From IMG/VR virus record IMGVR_UViG_3300025098_000019, positions 1 to 64,000 of that record: a stretch of 64,000 nucleotides of DNA; one strand, 5' to 3'. Positions 27,833 to 42,800 of this stretch are shown piece after piece; the stretch's first letter is position 1; every line of letters begins with the position of its first letter. The DNA is from a virus. Both the position numbers and the translations under genes were made by a program. Below the pieces are notes generated by a model that saw only the letters and a program-made list of their open reading frames with translations, had not been told where the DNA came from and did no database searches.

Positions 27833-30800
27833 TCGGTAGTTCACTTATGCTCTTACGCAAGAACCTGCCAATGTCATTTTCTGCATCTTTTAGTGGAGTA
27901 CCTGTTTCGCTCCACAATTTACCAATTTTTCTAACTACTGCTATCTTCTGCCCTTCATCTAACGGCGTTGTTAATACTAGTACACTATTAACTACTGTAA
28001 ACTCAGGCGGTATTGTTATGTCTCCAGCTGGACTATCTAATGCTACAGTAGGATCAAAAGATTTAATTTCTGTTTTACGCAATCTTTTGCCTGCTGCAAA
28101 TACTTCAAATTCGTCAACCCCTCTGGTTGGAGTAAAGTCTAATACAAACTGTTTTTGCTGATCAGCAGCAACATAGTTAGTAGTTACAATTTCATCCCTA
28201 TACGGCATATTTTTGTTAATACCCATGGCATATACTGGCGTTCCTACATCGTATATATCTCCTGCGCCGGTACCGTGGGTCGATCTTCGAAGCTGTCGCA
28301 ATGTGTTTCCACTTATTGCAAAATATTCAATACGTTCCTTGTTAATCCAAAGTACTCCTGGCTGGTTTAACTTCTTGTTTGGATTCTGTAAACCAACTGT
28401 ACTATTTACATATACTCGTAAATCGTTACTTTGTAAAGGCTCTGTTAAATAAATTCCTTCTGCTGTATCAAAACGTTTATAATGTGTTCTATTAAGAATA
28501 TCTTTAAACTGTTTCCATGCAATAGTTGGAGTTGATGCCGGTGCTGCAAAATGTATTATGTCAATATCTTGTCCTTTCTCCAGCGTATTATTTAACTGAA
28601 TTAGTAATGGAGTAACTAGTTTATAGTCAACATTTGGTGTTAATAATTGTCCAGATACAGCTATCCATACATATTGTGCATCAATTGCTGGAGCATTTAA
28701 TAAAACTTTACCAGCAGTTAAATTGTTGTATCTATCTGTTTCGTCACCTGGTACTAGTGTTAATGGAATCTCAATATCATACGAAGTTCTGTGTATTTCT
28801 ATAATATCATGATTGCTAAATTGCATTACTTGAACTTTTGTACCAGCATATAAGTCTTGCTCAACAACTAATTGGTTGCCTTCAATAGTATAAGATCCAT
28901 TCTCTAAGAATATTTCAATTTTGTCGCCTTCATTTAATAGTCCTGCTAGGAAATTAATACTACTGCTACCTGTTGCAACTGTAAATGATTCATTTCTTGT
29001 AAGTTTATTACCGTTTAGATAAACAAAAACATCAGTAATGTCTATACTAGAATACGGAACTTGGAATGTTTCTAAGGAGTAATTTAACAATGTATCATCT
29101 TCTACAATATATACTTTTTGGTATCCTGGACGCTGTACTACATTATCTATTATGACTACTGTAAAGAAGGACTGTGGATCTTTATATATCGGTGTCTGCG
29201 ATAATGTAAATTCCTTTTGCAAAGTAGAAGCAACATACGAGTCTCTAACTACTCTGCTGTAGTTTTGTTCTTCTCTGTTTGAATATATTTCATAATCTAA
29301 TACGTTACCTGCTGACGGAATATTAGGATTGAATAAAAACTCAACAAATCCGTTGTCGCTTTCTCTAGAAATAACTTCTAATTCTTTAGTTACTGCGCCA
29401 TTATACCTAGTATAAATTTGTAAAATATCTGTCCATGGTATTGCAGTTTCGTATACTATACTAGTGCCATCTGTAATAAGTTGGTCTATACTGATAATAT
29501 CTTTTCCGCTTACTCCAACTGTAATAATGTTTAATCTGTTATTTGCTACAAATGCTTCATTAAATGTAATAGTTAGATTGATATAATCTAATGTATATTC
29601 TGAAGAATTAATAATTTCGTCATTAACTTTAACAATAACTGCATCATCGCTACTAGGAGTAACTCCTATATTAAATGTGCTGTCGCCTTCATTTGTTATA
29701 AATGTTTGATTATATATTTGTCCGTTACCTGAGCCAATTCTTTCGTATACTGTTAAATCAACCGTATCTAATACTTGTCCCGGAACTAACTCTTCCGGTC
29801 CTCCTGAATTATTCGAAGTAACAAATAAGTCACCATCGATAACAATATCTTCTGCTTTTACACCAGATGCATTTCCTATGAAATCACCACCTATTAATTG
29901 TGTATCGTAACTAGCAGCATCAGGTAAGAAAGAACCATCTGATGAAACTTTTCTTACAATAAATCTATCTCCAGGCATACCGTCAACTTCGTAGTCAGCT
30001 AAGTTAATTAAAACTTGCGAACCGTTACCAGTAAGACTTGGCATTACAGCATTTGGGTTTGATGGATTTGCCGGATAATCAGCATCATCAATTCTAATGC
30101 CATTTTTATAAATGTTATAAACTATGCCGTTTTCTAATGGAGTGTCTAGTTCAATAACAGTAGTCGATCCATCAGCAACAAATAACTGGTCTTCATAAGT
30201 GTTGTCATAGGTATCCCAAGTTGATGTATACCACTCGTCTGTATCCCAGCCTGCTGGACCATCAAAGTCAAAGCTACGAACTTCAACTCCGCCGTAGTCA
30301 ACACCTGACATTAATTGTCCTAAATCAACACCTGGCATACCTTCAGTTGGGAAGTATCTATGCTTAATTCTATCTTGTGCAGAAAGCATCGCTGGATCTT
30401 TAAAGTATTCAACTCTTATTACTGCATCTAATGCTGGAGGTTTTGCAAATACTATTTGTCCTAGTTGTCTAGTATAAGAGATATCAGTATTATCTACATT
30501 TAGATATGTATAATCATTACGTAAAGATTTTTCATCATCAACAAAAACTTGTATCTTATTATTTCTAAGATCCATTGGCCATTTTAGATCAAACTTTGTT
30601 TTTGCGCCTGTACCAGTAAATTGTTGTGTTTCTGGTAAGTCGACTACAAAGTAATCACCTGACACTCTATCAAATTTTACATCAACATGCATTGATCTTA
30701 CTACAGTATCGCCTATTACTGCATTTAATGATCCTTCTCTGCCGCCATTAGCAATTGATCCTGCTACAATTATACGTGGCGCACTTAGATATCCGGTGCC

Positions 30801-33800
30801 TGGATCAACTACTTCTACTGATCTAATTTTGCCAGCACCTATATACGCTCTTGCTTTTGCGCCTGTGCCGCCACCGCCAACGAATGTAATTGTTGGTGTT
30901 GAAGTATACCCTTCGCCAGCATCAAATATGTTAACTGCTGTTAGCTTAAAGCCAACATTGTCTTTCCAATTTTTATCAGGATATTCATCAAACCTGTCAT
31001 CATAAACTGTTAGTTCGTCGTCAATAACAGTAACTCTTGCAGGAACAATTGATTTGCTATCTTCATTATAATATGGAGGAACATCAAAATCTGATACTAA
31101 AGTATTTGTATTATCGACCTTTTGATAAGCACTTAAATATTCTCTAACACTAGTTGAATAAGGCTTTACCTCATTAATATAATCATTATAGCTAGGTAAA
31201 CTGTCATTCTGATAAGTTATCTTTTGCTCTAACTCACCTACATTATGTTTTGCTTTTACAAAACTAGTTTTAAATACCCAGTCTACATTTAGCTGTTCGC
31301 TTAATACATATCGTACACTTGCAAAGAATAGTTTGTTATAATGAACTGCTAAGTTATCAACAAATATATTATCTTTAAGAGCAGTTAAAATATCTCTAGT
31401 TTCTTGAACTGGCTCAGTGTCATAAAAGTTTCCATCAAACGGATAATTATCATATCCAACAAAGTTAGTATTTTTACTGTACAGCTTCTTACTAAATTGT
31501 ATAGTACCATTTTCTCTACCAATAGTTTCATAATCAAAAGTATAATCTCTGTTTCCACTATTGCCAATCTTTTTAAGTAATAACCAACCTGCTGAACCGA
31601 TATTTTTTATTTTGATGATATCATTAATATCATCATCTAGTCCATATAATTGATAGCTTTCTTCTACTAAGAAATCTATTTGTGTAAATTGATTATATCC
31701 TTCTGCATACCAATTAGCATAATCCCAATATGCAGACGTATCGTAACTTTGTACTTGCTTACGTTTCCACGGTACAACAGTGTCAGTATTATCGTAATTA
31801 TAAATTGCCCATCTACCATCTATAGTAGAGTCTGACTGTACTAATACACTCAACGGTCTAACTATAATTAATGTATCTGCATCATAATTTTTACCATGAT
31901 TAATAATATTAACTTTAGTAATTTGACCCAGGTTATTAATAATAATATCTAATTCAAGGCCGGTACCTGATCCAATTACTTCGTAATCTGGGCCTGCTCT
32001 ATTAGCACTAGTTAATGGATCAAATGTCAAGTCGTTGTATCCACGTCCTGAGTTTTGTATTGCTACCCTTCTAACAGTACCGTTTTCTGCAATAACTGGT
32101 GTAAGTATTGCTGTTTCAACTTTTGCAGTGCCTAAAAATTGTAAGTCTAATTCAGTATCTACAATTCTGTCATATAAGCGTGATGTTACTAATGGTACGT
32201 CTTCTTTTCTAGAAAGTATGCTGAGATCAAAATCATCTACAACAATGTTTTCTTGAAGTACAATATTAGCACGTTCAATTACTTCTTTTAATGCTTCTGC
32301 TCTGTTAACAAACCATGACTGGCGCGGTTTAAATAATGTTCCGTACTTTTGTTTCTGAGGAAGTGTCATATCAGGAACTTCTCTGCCCCTGTCGTCATAT
32401 CCTACAAGACTGTGTATCCACTTACGTTCAAGGTCTGCTTTTGGTACACTTGTTTCAAGTCCTTCGGATAATATTTGGTATTCAAAATGTATATTTTTTA
32501 ATTCGCTGTCTGATGTATAATACCCTATATTAAGAGCAATGTCTTTGTCTGATATAAGAGATTCGCAATTAAATAGTGCAAATTTATTGTTACTTAATAA
32601 TGTCACGTAACGATAACCCTGACCACGTGGATCAGCAATTAGTCTTGAAACATCTAATGCTGTCTTTGATCTATTTTCTCTTGTTGGAAGAGTAAATTTA
32701 TCTTTAACCCAGAAGTAATACTTTTCGTTAAATGCACTTGTTTCCTTATCATATACTAATTTAACAGAGTATGCATCGTCACCATATTTACTTAGACCAC
32801 TTATACCTCGTTCTAAACCAGTTGCCGATGATGATATACTGTCCCATTCGCTTGGAATAAGATCGCTTTCAACCCACTCGTAAATATCAATACTATAGTC
32901 TTGAACTAGTGTGTTCCAATTATTAGCCTGTGTTATAGAATCTCCGTGATATGCATCTTTAAATCTTGCTGTGCTTAAATCCCACCATAACTGACCAACA
33001 TACTTGTTTTCCCAATTATTTGTTTCACTAAAGAATTCAGGTAAGTTAGTAGCATTATATCTTGCTAAATCAATATATGACTTCCACGATATTTCTTGAT
33101 CTACTTCACCGAGTATTTTACCTTGTACAGGATCAACAAAATCTAAGTATGTTACTAATTGATTAGTTTTTACATTATACAAAAATGCATGTTTTATCTT
33201 TTTAACATCAACAACATCTACAGGATTCCTAAGAACTGTCCATGCATGTGTGCCTTTTTCCATTACATAATCTAAGAATGATCCAGGATTAGTTGCTTCT
33301 GGTCCAACTGTTGGGTTTGTAGGCAATCCAATATAAACATTGTTTTGATTTAGTAGAAGAGATCTTGCAAATCTAGATCCGCCATCAACATTACTGTTAC
33401 CAACATATTCTAATTGTTCTGCTTGTAACCAATGTCCGTCAATATCTTGATATAATGTAACGCTGCCGCTATTAACGTGATCTGATAAGAAAGATGTAAA
33501 TCCGTCGTCAAACGTTGTTGGAGTTCTTTCATTACTATCTTCATCTAATACATACGAATTTAACGATATTGGATCTTGGTATCTGTCGAAGCGTGTTTCA
33601 ACTTTAATGTTACCGTTGAAACTTGATACACCAATATACTCGTCTGTTATAGACACTGCATATCCAAACTGATCAGCAAGCTCAGTGCCTGGTCCTGATA
33701 TTGTTTGTTTCAACGTAAAGTGAGGTGCAGTGTCAAGTGTATAAATGTATGCTTTACCTGTGTCAAATCCATCTTCATCATTTCCAGGTTCACCAACAAC

Positions 33801-36800
33801 TAAAACGTGTCCAGTTGTACTTAAATCAATTGAACTTCCCCAATTAGTATTTGAAGTGGGTGCAACAATTTCTTGATGGAACACATATCTAGTGTCTTGT
33901 AGTCTGTAAATTAAAATCTTATTATCTTCATCAACCGAAGTATCAGTTTCAGCACTAACTGCTATTACTTCACCGTTTTTACTTACTGCTAAGTCTTTAG
34001 TAAAGTCAATAACTGTTTCGCCTAAGTCATCAAATAGTGCGTCTGGGTCACTACCATTACTATACAAAGGATGATCATTTGGAACATGGCTTAGATAATT
34101 TATTCTGTTGTTTAATGGTTGCCACTTGTTACTAGTAGTTGGCGAGCCTGTTGAAAATGTTCTTGCTTGATATAACTGATAGTTGTCAACTACAATTTCA
34201 TTTATTAAGTAACTGGCTGTTACTGACCATGCACCTCTATATCTTTTATCTTTATCAAGTGCATATTCGTATGTTACGCCGTCATCGTCAGTACCATGTT
34301 TTAATAGATATACTTTATCTTTTGAACCTACAAATATTCTATATAATTCATTTGTTTGTGCTATTGCTACTTTTTGTCCAACACGCTGACCAACGCCGCC
34401 TGTTGCACTACCAGGTATTGAATAAGTGTCAACATAAGACCATTGAGAGTCGAATCTTTTATATATTGTGTATACACCTTGATTAGCAATAGAATTAATT
34501 GTTCCAGTATTATTAACTGGTGCGTTGTAAACAATTACCCAATCATTGTTAAGTATTGACGGAATACTAGCTGGTAAATCTCTGCCTTCCTCGGTCAATG
34601 TTTCTTGGTAAATCCAATATTCTTTATTTGCATAAGCAAAAACATCTAAACTTGAAAATTGAGTTAACCCGCCATAACTATTTGGATTAATTGGGAAGTT
34701 TGATCCGCTTGGATGATTAAGTACTACTAGTTTTCCTGTAATAGAGTTAAACGTTGATACATTTTGTATTTCACCCATTCTACGCTGATTTGGTGAACCA
34801 TTTTCTAAAGTATTAAGTACAATAGAATTTCCTGAACTAAAAATTTTGTTTGCGCTTTTATTTTTAATATATACACGAGCTTTGTTTACATCTCTGTTTA
34901 GATAATAAGCAACTTCAGCCGTTGCTCCAGTAAATGCATCTTCAATAATATCACCTGGAATAGGTTCAAAGAAATCTTGGAACTGACCGTCACCGTCTGT
35001 ATCAACACCAACTGGTTGTCTGTCAATTTGAATAAAATCAATCCAGCCATCCCACATATCTTGTACTTCGTGTGTTTGACTATTAATTTGCTCAATTAAT
35101 CCAGGGTCTTGTAAGCCAACTAAACTAAAATCATATGACGGATTTTGCTTGTCTATATAAAGTCTAACATTAGTACCTACAGTTGTTTGCGCTTCTATTT
35201 CTTTTGGAAGTCTAACAATCCAACGAGTGTCAAAGAAATTTGTAGCACTAGTATTATATTCTATACCAGTATGTGACAATACAGAAATATATGCAAGATA
35301 CTTGTCTGTATTTGTAGGATAAACAGTATCTAAACTATTAATATAATAGTTAGGCTCTCTAGGATCTTCACTAGTAATTAAATCTTGATATACTAGACCA
35401 TATGCTGGTGTTCCAAAATCAGTTAATGCACTAAATTCGTTTGCATTAATATACTCTGCTGTTTGTACTTTCCAAAAACCACCTAAGTGTGATAAAGGTT
35501 TAAAACTAGGTTGTGTATATTGTCCAATTACGTCTTCTCTACCGTTTCTAAGTTCGTCAGTTTCTATTAATACACCATTAGTATCTTTAATGTAAAGTAG
35601 AAGTTTATCTTGTTCGATGAATACTGACGCAACTGTTCCAGCGCCTTCGTTAGTTATAACAGTATCACCTACAGACGGTGGATTATTAAATGCTGTTAGA
35701 TATAACACATAATCAATTTTTTCTAAAATTTCATGTTTGCCGTTGTTTGAAAATCCATTGTCAATAAAGTCTGAATTAGGAATTACATTAACGCCATCGT
35801 TTAAATCATTTAACCCATTTGGCCAAACTTCAATAGCTTCGCCTTCTGCTATTTGTCTATTTAAGTTAGTGTACTTGTTCCATTTTAAAACAATATTATC
35901 TGTAACTTTAGAAGCACGATATTGATCAAACGGTGCTCTAATTAATATATGGTCAACTGTTTTATTTGCAAAATACGGCTGTCCTTGCAATAGTAGCGTA
36001 ATGTCATTAATGTATGATAATCCTGCATTAGTTGCTGCTATTTCAGTAAATGCATAACTGTCAAATGTGCTATACTCTAGTGTTACTTCAGCAGCAGGTA
36101 CATTTCTTACTGCTCTCCAAAAGTTTTCTTGATAAGAAACCATGTCAAGTTGAGAATAGTTAGTATTAGCGTTCCATTCACCTTGGAAAGTTTCGCTTAT
36201 GTTACTTGCGCTTGGTGATCCTACTACTAATAGTTTACCGTCTGGTGATAAAGCAATACTTTCGCCAAATGCTTGACGATCATTCATTGGTGCTACATCA
36301 GTATCAGGCTTTAATATATCTAATAGTTTAAATTCACTTTTATAAGTTGGACGTTGCCAAACTTCAACTACACCATTATTAGATTTTGAATTTGCTATTG
36401 CAACATTTAAGTTTTCGTTAGATGCAGCAATATCGTTACCATAAGAATTATCTATTGACGATTCAGTATCTTGAGTGTAGTATTCGTTAAAGTCTAAGAA
36501 ACTTTCTTTCTTTTGTAAAACAGACCACTGATTGTCAGTACCGTCAATCCATAATTTTTGATTGTGTGATAAATCTTTTTCAATGATTGAATTTGCAGTT
36601 TGTATATTACTAGAACGAACACTTCTTAAACGGGTTAAGTAACCATTGCCTTCTCCAGTTTCAATATCTTGTACAGTTTGTGTTATACCTGTACGTACAT
36701 CGAGCTGGTTGTTACGTACTGCTTTAATTTCATAAAATCCGTCATTACCTCTGCCCAAGTTTCTAACACCAATAATGTCTCCTGGTAAGAAATGTGCAGC

Positions 36801-39800
36801 TTTTTTAATTGTTATAGTTGCTAATGGTGTTGCATTTATAAATTCACCATCTGCTTCTTCAGCAAAGCCTTGTATACCAATTACTTTATCACCTGAAACT
36901 ACATGTTGTAATATATCCCAATCTTCGTTTTTGCCAGTTACCCAAATATATTCATCAGAACTAATTCTATTAACATCTGCTGTGAGCATATCTTTAACAT
37001 CTGCTACAGTATATGTAATATCATCTTCGTTAACATATCCAGAATCTATAATTTCCTTATAATAGTCTTTTACTGTTGGAAACGGTTTGTGATTATAGTC
37101 TAATGGTTTTGAATTTACCTGATACGGTAAAATTTTAATTGATAAATCTACATCATTAATCGCTTTTGAATTTACTAGCTCTACAGTTTGTGGTTGAACT
37201 CTAAATTCATTTTCATCAATAATGTATTCAACTTCTTCGTAACTATCAACAGCACCATATTGCCCTACTCTAAGAGCCCATTCTTCGTAAAATTCTAAAC
37301 TATCAGTATCGTCACTACCTAGTGCATCAAACAGTTTTGTTAATGCATTTGGTGTTCCTTTGTCTTGTATAAATCCTTGATAAAATTTGTACTGACTAAC
37401 ATCATCATTAATGATGTTTGAAAGGTATTGTCTTTTTTGGTAACCAATTAAATGTTGTGCATGTTTTTGTTGTTCAACATCAAAGTTGTCGCTATCTAAA
37501 TCATAAAAATCAGCAAACTGTATTGATCTATAATCAAAGTTAGGAAGTAGTCTTGGCGTTGGTCTTTTATCTAGTCTTTCCCAATCTTGTGGTACAAAGT
37601 TTTCAACACCTTTTAGATCTATTTTTGCAACATAATAAAATTCTTTATATTTGACCAAAGCACCTACATCATAATCTTGCCATTGTTCCCACTCAGTTAC
37701 TATTGCTTCGTCGTAAATAAATCCTGGAATATTTAATCCGCCAGTCCATTCGTCACTTCTATATCCAATAACTTTTATTCGCTCTTGTCTATACCCTGCT
37801 GGACGATCAAAAATTACATCATTAAACACAGTTTCGTTGTCTAACAAAATAACATGTTCTATTTGCACTAATGGCAAACGAACTCCGTAAATTCCGTCCT
37901 CTGAGTTTTTAACTTCAAGACCAAATTGGTTTTCAGAATCTCTAGCAATAGAAGTAAAGTTGCGTTCTAATAGTTTTCCATCAGCTTTTACTAAACTATA
38001 ATTATAAAACTTATCAAAAATATCATCAACAACTGCATATTCTTTATAGAACTTAAATTGTTGTGCGCCAGGTGATAAAGTAAGTACACTACCAGCTGAC
38101 CAGTTTTGTGTAGTCCAGAACATAAGCTCTTTTACACTATATGTCCAATCTTCAATTACACCAGTTTCTTTATTAAAGTAATCAAATACAAACCCTTGGT
38201 CCATTAAATATCTTTCATACCCTAATATAAAGTCTACAAGTTCTTGTACAGTTCTTAAGGTTGTGCCATAAGGGTAGTTTTTTACTACGTTAGTAAAATT
38301 ACGTCTTAATATTGCATCTCTGCCGCCCACTGTTGGCAATGATGATAATTTAGCAAATTTATCTTGGTCAAAGGTTGAGCCACTAACATGACTGCTTATA
38401 CATCTATAATAAAATCCGTCATAACGTACATTAGCTGATTTTACATATTGCTTACTTTCGTTCCAAATAACAAATTCTTCGCTGATGCCGCCAATATTAA
38501 TAACAGGGTCAGTTGACTTAGCACTTGCTTCATAAAAATCAAATGACGCTTTCTGCTTGTCGTAACCTGCTATTGACCAGCCGTTGGGTCTTTTTTCAAC
38601 AATTATACCACTAAGTACAGCAGTATCAATTGGAGCACTTTTATTTAAAATTATCTGATAGTTTTCTTCTGGTACAAAAACATTGCCTTCATTTAAAGGA
38701 GTTCTTGAATCTAATATAAGTTTAAACTTTTCTTTTTCTGTGAAGCCGCCTACTTTAATAGCAAGTTTATTGTCAATCGACGCTATACTCTGTGTATATT
38801 TTTTCCATGTAACATCAATATTTGTTGCTAAGAAGTTGTAAATGTAATTTACTAATCCACTACTTAACACACGGGTGTTATCATTATATGTGTTTGGAAA
38901 TACTAAGTCAGTAGTTCTAATTGGAGTATTACTTTCGGTGTATACCAAATGTCCTACTAAGTTACGCTTAATTCTTGATATGTCATAACCAAGGCCCATT
39001 AGTTTTGCAGGCTGATTTAACATCCATGATGTAATTAATGCAAACGGATATTCTGAACTTTGTCTCCATGCTGTTTCTATTGGGCTGTGATCGCCGAATG
39101 TAAACTGGCTTCTAGTTTTTATTTGTACATAATTTTTAGCATAGTCGCTAGTTAATGGATCAACTAAGTTTCCTTCAGCGTCAACAGGTAAGTGATTTAA
39201 CAACCCAGGACGTACATACTTTGAGTTAACAATAGTTTGTGCATTAGGATCTCTAATTATTCCTTGCTGTAAATCTTCCCACATTACAAAGTTTGAATTA
39301 GTATATGGTGCTGGACCATACACTTCGCTCCACCACTGTGGTTCAATTGTAAGTCCTAACATTTCCCACGGATGTGTATGTGGGCGGTCAGTATCAAATG
39401 CTTCTTTATAAACTCCTCTCCAAAAACCCGGTAATGACTGGTCTTGTGGTGAACTCATTGCTGAGAAGTTAAATGTAAATTTATTTGTTTGTGACCAAAA
39501 ATCTATATTGGAATAATCAAGGCCGCCTGCAATGTCATTCCATTCTACAAAATCAGCTGACATTGCACTATTAATTTGTTGTCTTGTAAATCCTGTATCT
39601 CTATTAGTACCACTAACAAATTCGTTAATATCTAAAATATCTGTATTATACTTTTGTTTAATATTATTAAATATTCTTTTTTCAAAATCTAATATTAAGT
39701 CATCTCTATAATCGCCATATGCAACTACAATGCTGCCGTCGTGTCCTTGAATAACTTCTCTATTAATTGCTGTTGTAGTATCTGTATATTTTTTAGGATG

Positions 39801-42800
39801 GTATGCAGGATATAATCCTAACTTAGTTGGCGTAGCAGGAATAAAACATCCGTCAGTAGTTTCGTACTCGTAAAGATCAATTTCGTCACCGTTGTTCAAT
39901 TCAACTTTAATATTAACAAAACCTTCATCAGTAAACACATATTCTTTTTCATGTGTTAATTGTATTCCGTTAACGTACACTAGTACTGCCTTTGCACTCA
40001 ATGCATCTAAATTAAAATATTCTGATAATGCAAAAAACTTACTAGAGCTAGGTAATACTTTATATGATATTCTATTGTCTGCTTTATATGCAAGCATGTC
40101 AGAGAAGTAAAACGGCATACCTTCTGATTTTTCAGAATTTATTTTTTGTAGTACTTTGTCTACATGTACTTTAACAGGACCGTCAAAACCCAAAGTTGAT
40201 GCAGTTTGTATAAACTGTCTTTTAAATTTAGCATATTCATTTTTAGAATATCTAAGAGCTTTAACAATATTTGCATCTTTATCAACGATATGGAATAATG
40301 GTAAGTTAATTGGACCACTGTGCTTTAAAAATCTTCTGCCATATTGATCAATATCTCCGTAGTCTCTTAACGGATGCTGTTCTAAGTCAATTAAATTTTC
40401 TTGTATTGTGTTAACGTGATCAAGAACTTCACCTAACGTAAATTCTTTTGGATTTTCGTTTAACGGATTTCGTTCAAAGTTACTTGCCATTTCATAGTAG
40501 GCATTACCATTTATAATTGCTTCGCTGCTATAGAGTTTAATAACAATATTATCGTCTACATTTAATGTTTTTTCAAATGTTAACTCTCTGTCTTTGTTAA
40601 TGCTATAGTCTGTAGTAATATCATTATTAACAAATACTGCAATGCTTTCATGTATATTTTTAAAAACACTTACATTAAATGATTCATTATCTACGCCTTC
40701 GGCAATATATTGTAATATTGCTGCTTGCTCACTATTTTTATTAGCTTTAGTCCAACCATTTTGGTATGTAAACTCTGTAGGTGAATTAAACTTCTTTAAG
40801 AATCCAGCTTCTAAATTATATGTTAAAATTTCATTATCTAAATTATACTGAACAGTTTCTGTAATTAACGGAAACTCAAAAAGTATATCACCTAAATTTT
40901 CTATATTTTTGTAAGATAACCCAAAGCCTAACTCTTTGTCATTTGCTTCTACTTCGCTAACTTTATAAGAGAATATTTTAGTTCCTCTAAATGTAGAATC
41001 TGGATATTGAATAACATCTGAAAAACTTGATCCGTCATGGTCAAACAAATCAAATAATGGTTGTTGATTTGTCTGCGTTTTGTCCTGTGCTAAGTGCCAG
41101 TTAGTGCCGTTAAAATAATATATCAACCCAGAATTACTACCGTTTTTAATTAAAACAGTTTCGTCTAACATTGGATTAGTATCTTTTGCTTCAACTAAAC
41201 TAATAATATTATTATTGTCAAACTTAATAAAGTTAACTTCATATATTTTATTATTTGCTCGAACATCAGTATCTGTTGTAACTAGAATACGCATTCCGTT
41301 TGATAACGGTACACCATCAATGCTATAACCTGTGGCGCCTTCAATAGTGCTGAATATATCTGTTGTTACAGTGTCAATTAAATCAACATCATGTTTTGAA
41401 TTAATTCCGTAGCCGAATAACTTTAGTCCTGCTTCAAATTCAATAATAGGTCTAGAAGCTCGCTCGCTCAGGTCAACTACAGGTTGCTGATTATTGTAAA
41501 ACGCACTTTTCTCAATTACGTCTTTGTGAAACCATCTATTATATCTAGTCCAAGCATTTCTATCTAAACTTGCTCTATTAATAATAATATAATCTTTAGT
41601 TCCGGCGTATGCACTTGCATTACCAAAAGGTCTTCTATCAAAAGGTTCAGAATCAAAAGGTACAAATACATCGCCTGTGTATGCTGCTGGTATAACTAAG
41701 TTTCTTTCATCAATAAGTTTAATTGAATCTCCAACACCTTCAACATAATATTCGCTGTTTGCATATTCACTTGGTGTTACATTTCCAAGGAAACTAACTT
41801 TGAGTCCATTAGTAAGCTCTACGCCATTAGCACTTTTATAATAACGCTTTTCAAGTATATCGTTAATATCAATACTTGTATTTTCAACAATATCAAATAC
41901 TTTGATATAACCACTTGTGTTAATATTAGTGCTACTAACATAATATAAATTTTCTGGCGAATTAAACGGAACTGTAAATTCTATAGTTCCTTCTTCGACG
42001 TTTATAGGTAAAATTTCATTGTTATTAACATCGTATGCTTTTATTCCATCAACATATCGATTACTAACATTAGTTGCATTATTATATGTACTTGTTACTT
42101 CAACTCTTACATTTGGTGCACCACCGTCGCCTAGGTCTGCATCAAAGAATGTAATTACTTCTCCTGAAGTAAAGTTTTCGCCACCTTCAATAACGCTTAC
42201 ACTACTAACAACTCCGTCTGCAGAAATAATAACTTCAAACTTTGCAAATTTACCGTTTTCAGTTGAAACATAATCAGTAATTTCGTATGTACCAGGAACT
42301 CTTAAACTATTCTTTGATGTTCTAATATTAGTAGATTTAATTTCACCATTCGAAGGTGTTACTACTACATAATTACCGTCTGAATCTTGAGATAATTTAA
42401 AGTCAGCATCGTTAAATTTTCTATTTGTTGTAAAAGATATTGGATGGCCTTTGCAACGAATTTTAAATCTATATGTCTGTCCTTTATAAAGTGTTAATGT
42501 TGGGTTAGCATCAAACGCAGGAGGATCAAATTTGTATACTGTATTATCATCTTGTACTTCAGTAGTAACAGTATATTCACTTTGTTCAGTGTCATTTCTT
42601 CCAAATACATTTACAGTCTGCGGACCGTTTGGCATCCAGTAGTAATCTCTAAAGTTTACAAACTTATCCCAATCAATATTTGGATTCCAAGCATAAAACT
42701 CTTGTCCTGACAGCAAACTTTGATTTGAAATGTCACCGTTTAAATTTTTAATTTGATTAACATAATCGGAATAGTCACCGTAAAAGTTAACATTATTTAA

